From contig NKIB01000233.1 in the NCBI GenBank assembly GCA_002256025.1, forward strand, positions 1 through 34,345: a DNA stretch of 34,345 nucleotides, written 5' to 3'. Source of the DNA: Asterionella formosa. Lineage: Eukaryota. Shown here in pieces: positions 21,512-33,923 of the stretch; position 1 is the first letter of the stretch, and each line of letters opens with the position of its first letter. A program made the translations under genes and the position numbers. Under the pieces are notes generated by a model. It saw only the letters and a program-made list of their open reading frames with translations. It made no database searches and had not been told where the DNA came from.

Positions 21512-23985
21512 TCACTTTGAATTCATAATTTGCTGACGAAAATGAATAAATTTCGTTCCAACCAGTGGTTTTGTCATGTAGTCTGCTAACATTGCATCCG
21601 TTGGACAGTACTTAATTTGTACTTCCTTTCTTTCAATAAGATCAGTAATATAAAAATATTTGATTCCTGAACTTGCTTTTCCATTTGCTTCTAGCTTCAT
21701 TGCGCTAGTCACAGTAAATGACATTCGTAGTCACCTTATGTCCTTGTGCTTCAATAAAAATTTTCGTCCACAACACCTTTGATATAATGTCATCAACACC
21801 TACCAATTCTGCTTCAGTCGAACTTCTAGTGTTCACTTTCTGTTTCGTGGACATAGAACAAATAATTCCGTTGCCAAGTGACAATGTAGCTCCTGTGTGA
21901 CTTTTAAAATCTTTGTGTACTGCAAACGCCGCATCAACGTACCATTTAATGCTCGGAGTGTCATCCGCACTCATAGATGCCACCTCATTCTGAGTTTCTT
22001 CCAAGAAATTCATGATCTTGACTAATTTTGCCCAATCGCTTTCATTCGGTTTGGTAGTTTGGGTTGCCAGAAATGCAATTCCTGGTTGAATGTCCTGTCT
22101 TCCTTGCTTACATAGGAACATTCCTTTCATAACAAAAGTATGAAATATTTTCGCTTTTTCATATTCAAGCTTCTTTGATTTTGTATCAACTGTGAACAAT
22201 TTATCTGTCCATGGGAATTTTCCAACACTTTCAAGTTTCACTGGAAAATCATCAATCATTGATTTCACATATTTGGTCATGTCCACCCTCAACACTCCTG
22301 GAAGAGAGTAATCTAGTGTCATCGCCAAATAATCATGCTTCTTTCCACACATGACCTTGACTTCACCAATTTCTTCGGAAGCGTATTTCTTTTGAGCCAT
22401 TCCAAAAATTGATCATTCACTTTGTTGTCCACGTGACTTGCTTTCAAATCGTCTACGTGCCAAGTAACTGTGTGCTGTTTGCCATTAACAATGCGATTTG
22501 CAACGCATGGATCATATATGGGTTGACCTTTAATCCAATTGATTCAATATCCTTCCGAAATTTCTTGAAATATAATAATGATGACTGTAACATGCCATAT
22601 AATGCCTTGATCATCCTAATATATAAGACCTTGTTTTTCTCTTCATAAACAACATATTTTTCATAAGTCTCGGGGCTGAGTTCTGTCAACATGTTGACAA
22701 GTAAGCCTCTAATCTTCATAAGGATTCGCTCCCCTTTTTCTTTCTCATCGATATCCACTTGCACAAATGCATTGAATATATCTGCAGTCATAACATCGCG
22801 ATTTTGCTTCGCATCAATTGTTGCTGTTATCATAACAGATTCAGTCATGGTAGTTGGACTAGCTGCTCCATCTCTGTCCATGTATTCACGTTGCGAACTG
22901 CCATTGGCACAAGCTCTGCCTTTAATGCTCTTGTCTCTCGTTTCAACCAAAAATATCAGACTTTCCATTGCACGTCGCTTTTCGATCTCGGTTAGGTCTG
23001 CAATCCTAATCGGTTCAAATACAACTCTATCATGTAGTTGTTTCATCTCTTTATATGCAGCATCTCTTCCTTTCTGGCCAAATTTCTTGAGGCCTTTCCT
23101 TAAGCTGTATGACTGAACAAAGTGAAATGATTCTTCATCGATTGACATCTCATTCATATAACACATTGTTGTCATTGCGATCACTTTCGCAGTATCAGTC
23201 GTGCATTCTTCTTGACAGTGTGCTTGGGTGTGCAAATGATGTTGGATCATATTTAGTTTTGATGGTGGTCTTGAGACTCTTCCAGACCTTGTAGTTCTAA
23301 CATTTGGGTCTGTGTCATCATCCTCAGTGCTTGGATTGACTTCTAACATTGCCTCTTCATTTTCAGTTTCATTTGCCAGTTCTTCATCCTCATCTTGGAT
23401 TTCATCTGCATTCATTTCAATATTATTCTCATTGTTGCCCTCAGGTTCAGGGACATCATCTTGGATATTGTTGTTTCATTCGAGCTGTTCTGCTTCATAT
23501 ATTTCATCCGGAGTCATTTCATCATAGTCTTCTTCTCCGAGAATTTCATCATTGCTTTTGTCGTCACTAGCTTGTTGATCATCATAATCTTCATCTTGTG
23601 CATCTTCAAATTCTTCATTATCACAATCCACTCCTGCAATCCAAGCACTATCACAAAATAGTTGTCCCGTTCGATTCGATATCTTGAGACCATCTGGCAT
23701 ATTTTCCTGCACAGCAAGGGCGTGTACTTGATTCATGATTGCTTGGGTAAGTGGTAGAGGAGTAACTGTTCGTCTAGTGATCAATGAATTTGTAGGTAGG
23801 TGTAATAATTCATGACCTCCTTATACATTATCACTGTAGCGTAGATAAATGCAATCTAGGCTGCGTGGTGCATTAGTGTTTGAATACACAGGTTATTCAT
23901 GTGCTTGGACATAAGTGCCAAATGTATACTGGCAATGTCGAGCATCTCATAGTCCAGGTTTCGTTGATGTAAAATCATTGGAATG
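21512..23985 (-). pseudogene. Copia integrase C-term / RT / RNase H, frameshifted
   Basis: MILHQRNLDY, FGTYVQAHE, KGRACANGS, ASPT, ALYGML, WHVDD, YVDAAF, RSSTEAELV, ADYMTKPL. Confidence 0.92.
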
Positions 23986-23989
23986 AATT

Positions 23990-24230
23990 TGGGAACCTGA
24001 GGTAGCTTTTCTCGTGAGTATTCTGTTGTGGCGACAAATGGGTGAGACAGAGAGAAGAGGAATGGTTCGATTGTTGACCAAGCTCCTACCTAATTCTCGA
24101 TCATCATAAACCACTTTATATTGATCTTCTCCCTTAGCTGAAAAGTTGCACACACTGCATGGACTGTATTAGAACCATTCACCCCTTTTGCGTCGTAGTC
24201 GACAAGAGATGCCTCCATCATTAGCTAAGT
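23990..24230 (-). pseudogene. Probable N-terminal fragment of the same PP2C
   Basis: SAKGEDQY (24124-24135) resembles the KGED motif 1 of PP2Cs that carry PGGLxxSRxIGD; same strand, directly beyond the copia. Confidence 0.4.
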
Positions 24231-24818
24231 TGTTTCTGTTCTCTATTGGAACATAGCATGAGAGCGATATTAAGTGATGTTTGATACAGAACAAGGTTCA
24301 ATAACTACTGTTCTTTTCCAAAACAGAATATGGAGACAGTGGGTTGTGAATCGGAATACATGATACAGCCCAAAATGGACTGAGTGATGACGATCACTGG
24401 CAGAACCGGTCATTATTGTTGCAATGGATGAGCGTTTCACAGTGGCATCTGACATGGTTACCACTGTGGGGGGACTGGTAAATTCTGGGCATACCTCAGG
24501 GTATCTTGGGCATATGCTCAACGGGGAAAAGCGTTAGGTGTAGTCCTGCGAGGTCTGTCTTATGACATGCAGGCGCCTGGCACTACCGCCTGTAGGACCA
24601 GCATGCATTTTGGTCATCCTTGAGTGGGTAATCCTTGTCTGGAATATGTCGACTTTTTCCCATCCAACAAGTTGTGTTGGATATTGCTTTGTGATCACTT
24701 CTTTTTTATGTGGTACCCTTTGATAGCGCTAATTACAACATTAGGTTCAGTATTCTCCCCATCGCCTGTTTGAATAGGAGAATTAGTCGTTGGAAATACG
24801 ATAACGCGTTTTGGTTGA

Positions 24819-26350
24819 GGTTCCTACATTTAACCCTAGGTCAGAGGTAGGGTTGAAAACATTTTATTGAGTCAGACTAGTCAAACACATACTTTTCACG
24901 TGTAAACTTAATATGTATATTGCTACTTGGAGCTTTCGCCATTGGACACCCTTTCCATATGCTTAGATACAGTCATTGATCAATGTAGGGGTATAGGTCG
25001 ACTCTATAAATCGTAAGTATATAGGATCTGGCAAGAAACTGCAGAAAGGAACTTCGGTTTTTTAAACGATGCTGAAAATAGTGGATTTTACTACTGGGCC
25101 AACTCGTTTATTTGGCCTAGTAAAAGAACCGAAGTTTCTTTCTGCAGTTTCTTGCCGAAAGTTAACTTCTAGGGCTATATGAAGATTACCTATGTACTTT
25201 TCTTCTTCAAACCCTGCCAACGTTGAGCTATCATTGTCCAAAAATTCGACAAAATCGGCCTTTTCATCGGAATCAGAATCACTAATTGCTGAAACGTCAT
25301 CATCGGAATGGTAGTCTTGTGCGAAAATTTTTAGCCGTTAAATCTCCTGTACAAAAAGTTCCATCGTAAGTGCCCGCTTCCACATCTATAATATGATTGG
25401 GCAACATGAATTACTTACCTCCATTTGATTGGCCTGGTTTGCATGGTAGTTCAAACCAGTACTGGCCACACCACTGGATGCACATACATCATTTTTTAGG
25501 GTGATTGCAGGTTCTGTTTCCACTACCGGTAGCTGATCATCATTGATCATACATGTACCAGTACTAGAAATCAGTTTGCCTTCAAAGAATGGACAGAGTG
25601 TGCTGCTTTTCCTTTAATGATCATTTCGACCACAATGTTTACAATGACCAATTATCATGTTGACTTTTCTTTCTGTCTCATGACTTTCTGTTAGCGCAAC
25701 ACCAGAGCCGTGAGTCTTAGTACCTGATTTGTTGTCTTGCCTTTCTTGTTGGACTGTTTCAAATTGTGTGGTATGCATTTTTTCGTTTCGTTTCCTTTTC
25801 CGTTTGGATTGCCGGGCTTTGTAGGCTGCATCGTCGTTCTGTCGCTTTTCCTTTGTCTCCAGAAAGATTCTTGCAGTTGTAACATCTCCATTCCAAATTG
25901 CTTGGTGTAAACATCCTTTGTGTATTGTGTAGCTCCTTGTGTGTGCTGCCCAGCAAACAAAGCAACTCGACATTGCAGGCCACCGGATCCAGCAAACAGT
26001 CCATTACACTTTTTGCATAAAAGTGTCCGAAAATGCATAATGAGTTAGTGTTGGAGAAATTATTTTAGGAGAGAAAATCTCGGTATAAATTACCTAGTAC
26101 TACATAATGAATCGAATGAATCAAAAAAGAATATGGTACCAGAGAAAATCTCAGAATTCGAAAACAATCTACACCAACAGTAAAACGCATAATTCTACTA
26201 AAACTCTCAGGAACGATTACAATCGATTACGGATACATCGTTGTTCATATCTACAGCCTATTTGGTCCCTGACGTGTCCTTACAGGATACAAGAAAGCAT
26301 AGAGTGCTTCGGGACGCAATTTCAACAGTTAGTTGGGGGAACTCGGGATT
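24819..26350 (-). mobile_element. Kolobok-like transposon 3' part (terminus copy 3 plus decayed transposase C-terminus)
   Basis: 24819-25197 matches the repeat at 1-397 and 9882-10257 (TTGA|GGTTCC). Inward: FAGSGGLQCRVA..GQHTQG, a basic helix, THGSG, CKHCGRNDHxRKSSxLCPF, an intron at ~25418-25328 and an acidic tail. Confidence 0.55.
26049..26327 (+). mobile_element. Solo LTR of the copia element 2 family
   Basis: 279 bp, TGTTGG...TTCAACA, perfect 5-bp TSD GTTAG (26044-26048, 26328-26332); matches 21489-21334 plus 20355-20235. Confidence 0.95.
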
Positions 26351-26656
26351 AATTTTTTTGACTAAATTTGTAGCAAATCAATATTAATTTCTGTCAATGA
26401 TAGAAACTTTTCCTTTCAATGAATCTTTTTACTTAGTAACATGATAATCGAAAAATAATTAAAAAATTTGTAATACTGTACATTTTTTCAAGAAATCGGA
26501 TGCATAAGCCCAATGTATCAGATGTACTTAGCTTTTTGAAATGGAACACATCATACATACAACAAACCTCAGCCACATTTAATGCTTGCGCCTATCAACA
26601 CCACTGCACTATCTCCCTTATCCCTACTAAGCTCCTGCCCTCCCACAAGCACAACA

Positions 26657-28178
26657 TCAAGAGGTCGAAATGGACATGGAGAATCCTTTTCTCCACAGCA
26701 ACAAGTCTCCAAATATCTTGCCAACAAGTTCTGTCTGGTTATTGGAAGCGGCGCATCGCCGTTGCGCTTGTACCATGTCAGTCGTCATTGTTTTCAGTTC
26801 AGCTACTACGTTGTAGCTTCCAGCTTCCTTTCTAATCTCTCTGATGGCCAGTACCTTCTGTGACAATTCAAAAAACCGGTGATTCAATTTCTGCTCCTTG
26901 TTTTGTTCTTGGATTTTATGCCGGCATTTGATTTCCAGCATAGGCTCAAAAAGCGGTGGTCATAGACAAGTGTTTCCAACAGCAAATTGCAGTCCTGCGG
27001 TCATTCGTTTGTGTGTGTCGATTGCTGCTTGTGCTGTTTGCTTTCTTTTCCTGGCATGTTCTGCTGCATCATTACCATTTCGCACATTTTCTCTGTTTAT
27101 GTATTCAACAACTTGATTTGTAAGAGTTCCTGAAAGTCCTTCTCGCAGGTCGAGCTGGTCAGATGTAATAGAGTTTCTGTTACTGTGTGAGATTCTATTC
27201 AATGGGACAACGCACACCAAATTTCGTCAGCTGTATTTCAGGATTCAACAAAAATTATAGTTCATAGGTCCTCAGCCTCCCTCTGCTACCGCTTTTTTGT
27301 TTGTGCATAATCTCGCAAAACTTTTTTCCCAAAAAGTGAATTTGCAAGATGCAGTCCCTCTTGGCATGTGATGGGCGAACGCATTTTAACCAACTGATCA
27401 ATGAGCTCCACAATGTAAGGTTCCACTTCAAGCATAGGTGAGAGGCGAGTTGTGTTTGTTCCTTGATTGTTTTTTTCTTTTTGCACGTGTTCTAACTGTT
27501 TCGAAATTAATATTGACAGCAGGAGGAATACCAAGCGCCTTTTTTCCCCTCCGTTTTATACTGGTACTCTTCACTAGTGATTCTCCTCCTCCTTTTTCTT
27601 TTTGCTCTTCTCTCACCCTCATATATTCTGCTGCCGAATTGGAAATACATTCTTTCACTTTTTCTTTGGATGACCACCATAGGGCAGGGTTGTAGTGGCA
27701 GAAATGGTGCTGCTACTTTCAGTTGATGCAGTAGTAGTGCTGCCTGGCAGGAGGCGAACTAGAACTTGTAGACATAATCATAGTAGTAATGGAAGAATGA
27801 TGATGATTTTTTCTGTTACAGCTGTGACTTTCTACACCTTCCATTGTCAGCATAGATTTTTCGCTTTCTTGTGATTCTTCTTGCTCATCCTCCTCAGGCT
27901 GTTTGTCCGTGCTGGTAGCTAGTGGTGCCACCAGATAACATTATTTTCCTTAGAAAGTATTTCACTTCCTGTGTAGTCACCCATGGGACAAGTTCTTGTA
28001 TATCGTGCACAGCACAAGAAATTGCGCCATATGGTAGATTTCCATTATTGTTCGCTTTCAACACTTCCATATTTGTAGAAATGTTCAATAGGCAATGTTC
28101 AATCATCCTCGCTTTTTTTGTGCTGCTAATAGACTGAGCCGCCTTGCCCGAAGGCACAGTCGATTTCTTTTTTGCCAT
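26657..28178 (-). pseudogene. Decayed, internally deleted DNA transposase (pogo/CENP-B-HTH-like)
   Basis: Chained minus-strand fragments: YGAI..PWVT, SPMLEVEPYIVELIDQLVKMRSPITCQEGLHLANSL (CENP-B HTH-like), KRMTAG, WYKRNGDAPLP..LLARY. No DDE core seen. Confidence 0.45.
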
Positions 28179-28640
28179 AGTCTGGATGCATATTATGAGC
28201 TGAAAATTGTATACTTTTATGTAGTCATTCCCGTTCAAGTTCATGGGTGATAGGGCGCCAGTTTATGATGCTCAAGTTACTTAGGCACTATCAAGTGACA
28301 GGGATAAGGATATGACAGGAATCTTGCAACAAATAAATCGAAAGAGATATTTTTGTATTCTGCTGCATATATCATATAACAATGAATCCTCAAAACATGG
28401 GGTAATCCATGTTCTGGCAATATTTTCGTCGATCGCACTTTTCAACCAATATTATAGGAAAAACCAATTGCTATAAACTTATATCTAATGACATAGCCTT
28501 AAAGCGTACATGCTCAAGATTAGGGTCGAAGTTTTAAAATTAACAAATCTGCATTTGGTGGGGTCAAACCGTGTTTTTCTCCTGTTCAGTGGGTCACAGC
28601 GGTTCCAATTTTTTTAGAGGGTCACAGCAGTTTTTACTGG

Positions 28641-29067
28641 TACCATCAGGCAGTACTTCCATGAGTGTTTGTACAGCTGCCTGTGGTATGGGGTCGATGA
28701 GACAGCAACTCCATCTTGACCATGACGAATTTATGGGTTTGAATATCTTCAAGAATATTGACAATGAACAATTCCTATTTCGCACGTGTATGCAGACTAA
28801 CATAGACGAGATTATCGTTCAATAATGAAAAATTTTGCACTAGTGTTGACAACAAAAAGATGAAATCGGCGCTGAAAGTTTTTTTTTGTCGTCATTTGCT
28901 CAGTTTTGAAGATATGACCAAAACCGCGACAGTGTTGAGTCCGTGGTGATTAGCTTGATAACTTTGACTGGATAAGGTTTCAATGTTTTGTAGAAATAGA
29001 TGAGAAAACTTGAGCGACAGTATTCTCGGAGAGGGTACAACATTTTCAAGATGCAAGAAAAAATTCT
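28641..29067. repeat. ~430-bp direct repeat, copy 1
   Basis: Aligns along its length with 33924-34345 in the same orientation. Confidence 0.92.
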
Positions 29068-29243
29068 ACGTCAATTTTGCAGTGAGTTTCGTGTAGGCAC
29101 TAATTGTTGTGGTACATATTTCTATGGAATCTTGAGTAGGGGTTTAAAATAGTCATAAATGCGATATCTACTATGTTTACATGGTATATAATGCAATAGT
29201 TTATCGTGTACACAAATACTGCTATATACCGGTAGTAGAGTAC

Positions 29244-29735
29244 ATGATAATCATGAGTGCTTCCCGAACCCCCAACCTGTTGTCTGATCGGAATGAAGAT
29301 GAGGAAGACCTTTCTCTGGAGACGAGTGATCTAGTTTCCGTCTTGAAGGGTTATTATGCTGGCGAAATTTTCCAGTTTTTATGCTGCATGAAGGCCAAAG
29401 CATTGGTCAATGTGTACGACAGGGTCTCCAATAAATCAGTTCTTGACCATGCCTGGAAGCCTTCCGAAATCAAGAAAATCGTTCCTTGGGACAATACTTC
29501 TCCTTTAACTGAATACTTTGAATCTGTTTTGGAGGATGAAGTCTGGATTAAGATCAAGATTGATCAGATTGCCGCACAGTTTGTTGCTTGTGGTCTAAAT
29601 GACGAGTTGCCCATTCTTCTCGATTATTTTCGTGATTGTCTGTATGCCGCACAACTTGATTGTACAGAAGTAAGCGATTGCGCATTAGCCGCAACGCTTG
29701 CTTCAGACGAGCAGAATAGTAGTAACAATTATTAG
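29244..29735 (+). CDS. Hypothetical protein (ORF-A), probably transposon-borne
   Basis: Open ~163 codons, acidic, coding-like; no family recognised. Confidence 0.5.
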   Translation: MIIMSASRTPNLLSDRNEDEEDLSLETSDLVSVLKGYYAGEIFQFLCCMKAKALVNVYDRVSNKSVLDHAWKPSEIKKIVPWDNTSPLTEYFESVLEDEVWIKIKIDQIAAQFVACGLNDELPILLDYFRDCLYAAQLDCTEVSDCALAATLASDEQNSSNNY

Positions 29736-30174
29736 TACCACTACTATGGAATTGCATACCTCTTTCTCTGTAGTCAATAAATAATTTTATCAAAATATTA
29801 TATTATATTGGTGTAGGTAATGTATTTTTCAAAACATTCTACTCACCCCGATAAAGAATATCTAACTCTAGCCGCACTCAGCCAGAGCTAGTAAATACCC
29901 ATTGTCCTGTTACTTACATTATCATATCTACATATAATATTTCTGGTACCTGGGTATACCAGTATATGTGTTCCTTGTAACGACTGTTTATGGCCACATT
30001 AAAAATTTTACTATTGTTTTATGTCGCAATTGTGTAGAATGCAACTGCTTCTTGATTCGTGTATACCAGTGTGGCCAGCTGTGCAGAACCGCCGGTAATA
30101 GTGATGTGGTATTCCATGATGCTGCTCACCCACATACAACATATTCATACAATATTTTTTACCAAAAACCGACA

Positions 30175-31117
30175 ATGGCTGTCTCGAAAAGCTTAACTGC
30201 CACCCGACTTGGGAAAGACATCTCAATTGTTCCAGTCCCACTTCGTGAAAACGCTTGTCGTTTTGTCATGAAGTGGAAACTTGGAGTGTTGCTAGATAAA
30301 AATAAGGAGAACTCAGACCGTACATTACTTCGCTTTTTCCTACAAGTTCACCTCGGAGCCAACAAGAATGTGGCGTTGGATGTGGATAAACTAATTCCCA
30401 TCATGTTGGAAAGAGTGGAGAAAATCAGGTCGTCATCAGTTATCAAAAAAAGGGCGGAACGAAGGTGGGATGGCATGTACTTGTCATTACACCTCGCAAA
30501 CGTGAAGCGGCTATGAAGTTCTTTAAAGACGATTTCTGGCCCTCATTCTAATGTTGCCGCTTCTTTCTTGAAAAATTGCTGAAGCCATGAAAGCTGTGTC
30601 TTATATCATGGAAGATAATACAATGCTCCAGATTTCTGGTGTTCCACCTGATAAGGTATTTGTGTTAAACTTATCCTTTCTGCCAGAAAACTTTTTTTCG
30701 ACCAAAAACTGTCCTTTCCTGGACATCGGCCAACATCAGATTATGGGTCAAGTCGGTACAGATCAGGCGACTTGGTTGCTTATCAGGGCTTCTTTCCGGA
30801 CAAAGAGGATCCTTCCCAAATGCTACAGGCAGATGACAGGCGGGGCAATGTCGTTGGTTGCCTATGGCCCATTCACTGACAAAATGAAGATCTCGGACCC
30901 CACATCACATGACAATGTGAACCACTTTTGGAAAATGTTGTCAATGGTCATTCCCGGATCTGTTACGCAGCCCCCATATGTAGCAGGTAACGCAACAAAT
31001 GTCAGAAAAGGTATGCCACATACCTGTACATTATTGCACACTTATGTAAATACGGTTTGTCAACATCAATTGAATTCTTTGGTACATCAAGTTTCGCCGC
31101 GACGCCGCTCAAACTAG
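30175..31117 (+). pseudogene. Interrupted hypothetical gene (ORF-B)
   Basis: Two consecutive coding-like ORFs (30175-30516, 30587-31117) separated by a stop/frameshift; possible splice donor at 31011. Confidence 0.45.
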
Positions 31118-31589
31118 CCGAAAAATTGAGCGCATGCCGTTTTTACGCAGTACCGGTGCGTAGAAACGATTTGAACAACGACACCGGTCTATGACGTTCG
31201 TTTTCGTGCAAAGCGACTCCATCAGCCGCCATGACTGTAGTTATGTTCGAACAGCACAAAGGATGTCCCATTACGGGTTTCGATACCGGTACCCACGTTG
31301 AGATTGATCGTTGTGGGTCAATTACGTGAAAATACTACAGAGCATTTTCTACACATGCAGCGACATAGAGCAATAGCAAAAAAAAGGAAGGCGTGTTACC
31401 GTAATACATTATTTTACTAGCAATGTACCGGTACCCACATTGATATACACCGCCAAGCAAGGAATTTTTGGGCTGATATAGAGGGGAGGAGAAAACTATA
31501 CAGGGTAAATTAACTTAAATTATAGACGCTCCTCCATGTTGAGACGAAACTTGTTTGCATCCTGACACGGTGGTTTGAAAACCACTGGG

Positions 31590-32799
31590 ATGGAAGATAT
31601 CTCAGACGAAAGCGAAGAAGTGGCTGACGAAGATGACAGTCACAATCACAGTCACAGTCATGATAGTACTGACAAATCTGGTATCGAAAAACAGCCTCAA
31701 TTTGAAGAGGGTAACGAGGATGACTTCAACAGCTGTGATATCGAAGAAATCGAAGGTGGAATGGGAACTGTCATAGAAGAGGAGCCTGGTATCTTGGAAA
31801 GCGAGGTTCTTTTAGCACTTGATGACGGTGTTTTCGTCAATCCACCAAATGAAACAAAAGTCGAGGTGCGGGTGAATAACTTTTTTTTGCTACGGATGTC
31901 AAGATTGGGGAGGTTGAAGGTATCCTTTGCGATTTGGGAAAACGGAATTTTGGAGGTGGCGGGAGTCTCATGTGGTTATCAAAAGATCGTCCATACCTTA
32001 GAGCTGATGGCATTAGAGTTACAAAGAAAAGATGCACATTTTTCCATTCCTGTAAATGTCCCTATGTAATTCGGGAATTATTCAATACCAAAACAAATTT
32101 GATCACAATTGAGATTGGTGACTTAAAACACACACAACATAATGTTGTCAAGGATGGCATAAGAAAACGTATTCACAAATACTATCAGTTTGTGTCAATT
32201 ACTTCCCCGAATAAATTGAACATGAAACCAGCACGTTACATTGCTGAGACTAGGGCAAAAGGAATTCCTGTTGATGAAAAATTGAAAAAGTGCATGAAAC
32301 GACAACTCACTCGCTTACGCAATAAATCGGTTGGGCTAATAAATGGTCAAGGCAATAACTGGGGAGGAATCGCTACTGTCGTCCTTGAATCGTATAAGAA
32401 GGAAATTATCTTTAATTTCACGCAACATTCGATGTATGTACTTGGCATAGACTGTCAACCAGAAGACGACTCTTTGGTAGCTGTATTAACAACCGAGAAT
32501 TTATTGCTGAATGCGTACAAACAGCAATTCTGGGGCAATCCAATCTTCTTTGCTGCTGATGCATCTTACAGACTGACACAAGAAGGAAAAGGCGTTTTCC
32601 AGTTATTACAACCAACTTGGCTCAACAAACAAAAATGATTGCATATGGAGTGATAAGCCATGAACACCACAAAGCGCAAAGATTCACATTTGCGTCGATT
32701 AAGTCTGTCTTGGAAGAGCTCGTTAGATGTAGGAAAACTATCGATAACTATTATAATCAGCACTACTACCAGTGCTTTTCGAAATTTATCATCCTTTAA
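31590..32799 (+). pseudogene. Mutator (MULE) transposase, N-terminal half
   Basis: Acidic leader; FAR1/WRKY-like zinc domain CTFFHSCKCP...HTQH; TTENLLLNAY..FAADASYRL (first catalytic Asp); IAYGVISHE. Frameshifts near 31885 and 32600. Confidence 0.8.
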
Positions 32800-32807
32800 T
32801 ATCTAAG

Positions 32808-33651
32808 TTACCTCCACGTTATCATTCCTTTAATATCTAAGCTACCTCCACGTTTCGTATTTTTGATTCGTCCAGAACCTTTATTCTTAATACCAGGCTT
32901 TGGATGCATTGTCTTTGGAAAGGTAGAAATAATTCCATGGTCAAATGCAAAAGCACATACATGTTTACACCACGCATTTGCTAAATACGTGTGACAATGG
33001 AAAGATATGAGGCCTTCATTGCCCATTGCTTTCAAGCTATTAATCAAAATGGGTCCCAATCCACATGCTCCAAAAATTTCTTAAACGTTAGTTATTGAAA
33101 CATCATCGTTTTCACTCTTGGACACAATAGGTTCAATAAGGTGAAACCTGCGGGTGAGGGAAAGGACATCATCAAATGTGTGCTGCCCATGCATTTCAGG
33201 CATGATAAGAGCACATACCAAATGTAGATTCTGCATTTGGCCAAATCTTTTTGACATCCTTGCGACAAGCTAAAGTATAATCAGTCATCGTCTGTATAGC
33301 AAAGTCCGGTGAGTCCGGTTCCCAGCACCAAGGAGTGTCGCCAAGGGGAAGAGGAAAATTGTCAGTGCGTGCTGGAGTGTCGGCTGCAGGTGACAATGGC
33401 AGGATCGAGAAGTTAATGGGATCTACCCCTTTTTTTCCCAGAAGAGGAAGCAATATCATCTGACGAACTATCTCCTGAACTCTGCAAGATGCTATCATCC
33501 TCCTCAGAGGAGGATGAATTGTGAGATGAGTTGGAAGAACTAGACATTTCATATTTGTGGAGCGACTTTTGACAAAAAGTAATTCATGGATACACACGAC
33601 AATTCCAAATATAATGCCGATATGATGTAGGATGTGGACTTTTATTGCCAA
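32808..33651 (-). pseudogene. Mutator (MULE) transposase, C-terminal half with SWIM finger
   Basis: MTDYTLACRKDVKKIWPNAESTFGMCSYH (second Asp + CxxH); HCHTYLANAWCKHV (SWIM, first Cys lost); tail GRIKNTKRGGSLD. Confidence 0.75.
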
Positions 33652-33923
33652 GTAGCTAGTATTGACAGACCTACAGGATTATATGTTAATTCCAACTGCT
33701 GGTACAACATGCATATTATATACCGGTATGCTTGGCATACATACTACTACTGGTTATGTACTGCCAGTACTTGCATGTGTTTTTGTACAGCTGCCTATGG
33801 TACTACCACAGGCAGCTCGTCCTTTTCTTCCCTCTTTTTTATATTTTTTCATTTATATTTTCCGATTTTTAAAAACTTTTTTCGCACCCGTTTTTTTGGG
33901 AATGCATCTTACTGGGTACCAGA

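Larger units (their letters stand above)
20235..23985 (-). mobile_element. 5'-truncated Ty1/copia (CoDi-like) element 2
   Basis: 3' LTR at 20235-21489 (TGTTGG...TTCAACA, interrupted); PPT-like CAGCAGGAGCG; pol fragments at 21512-23985; no 5' LTR or gag. Confidence 0.92.
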
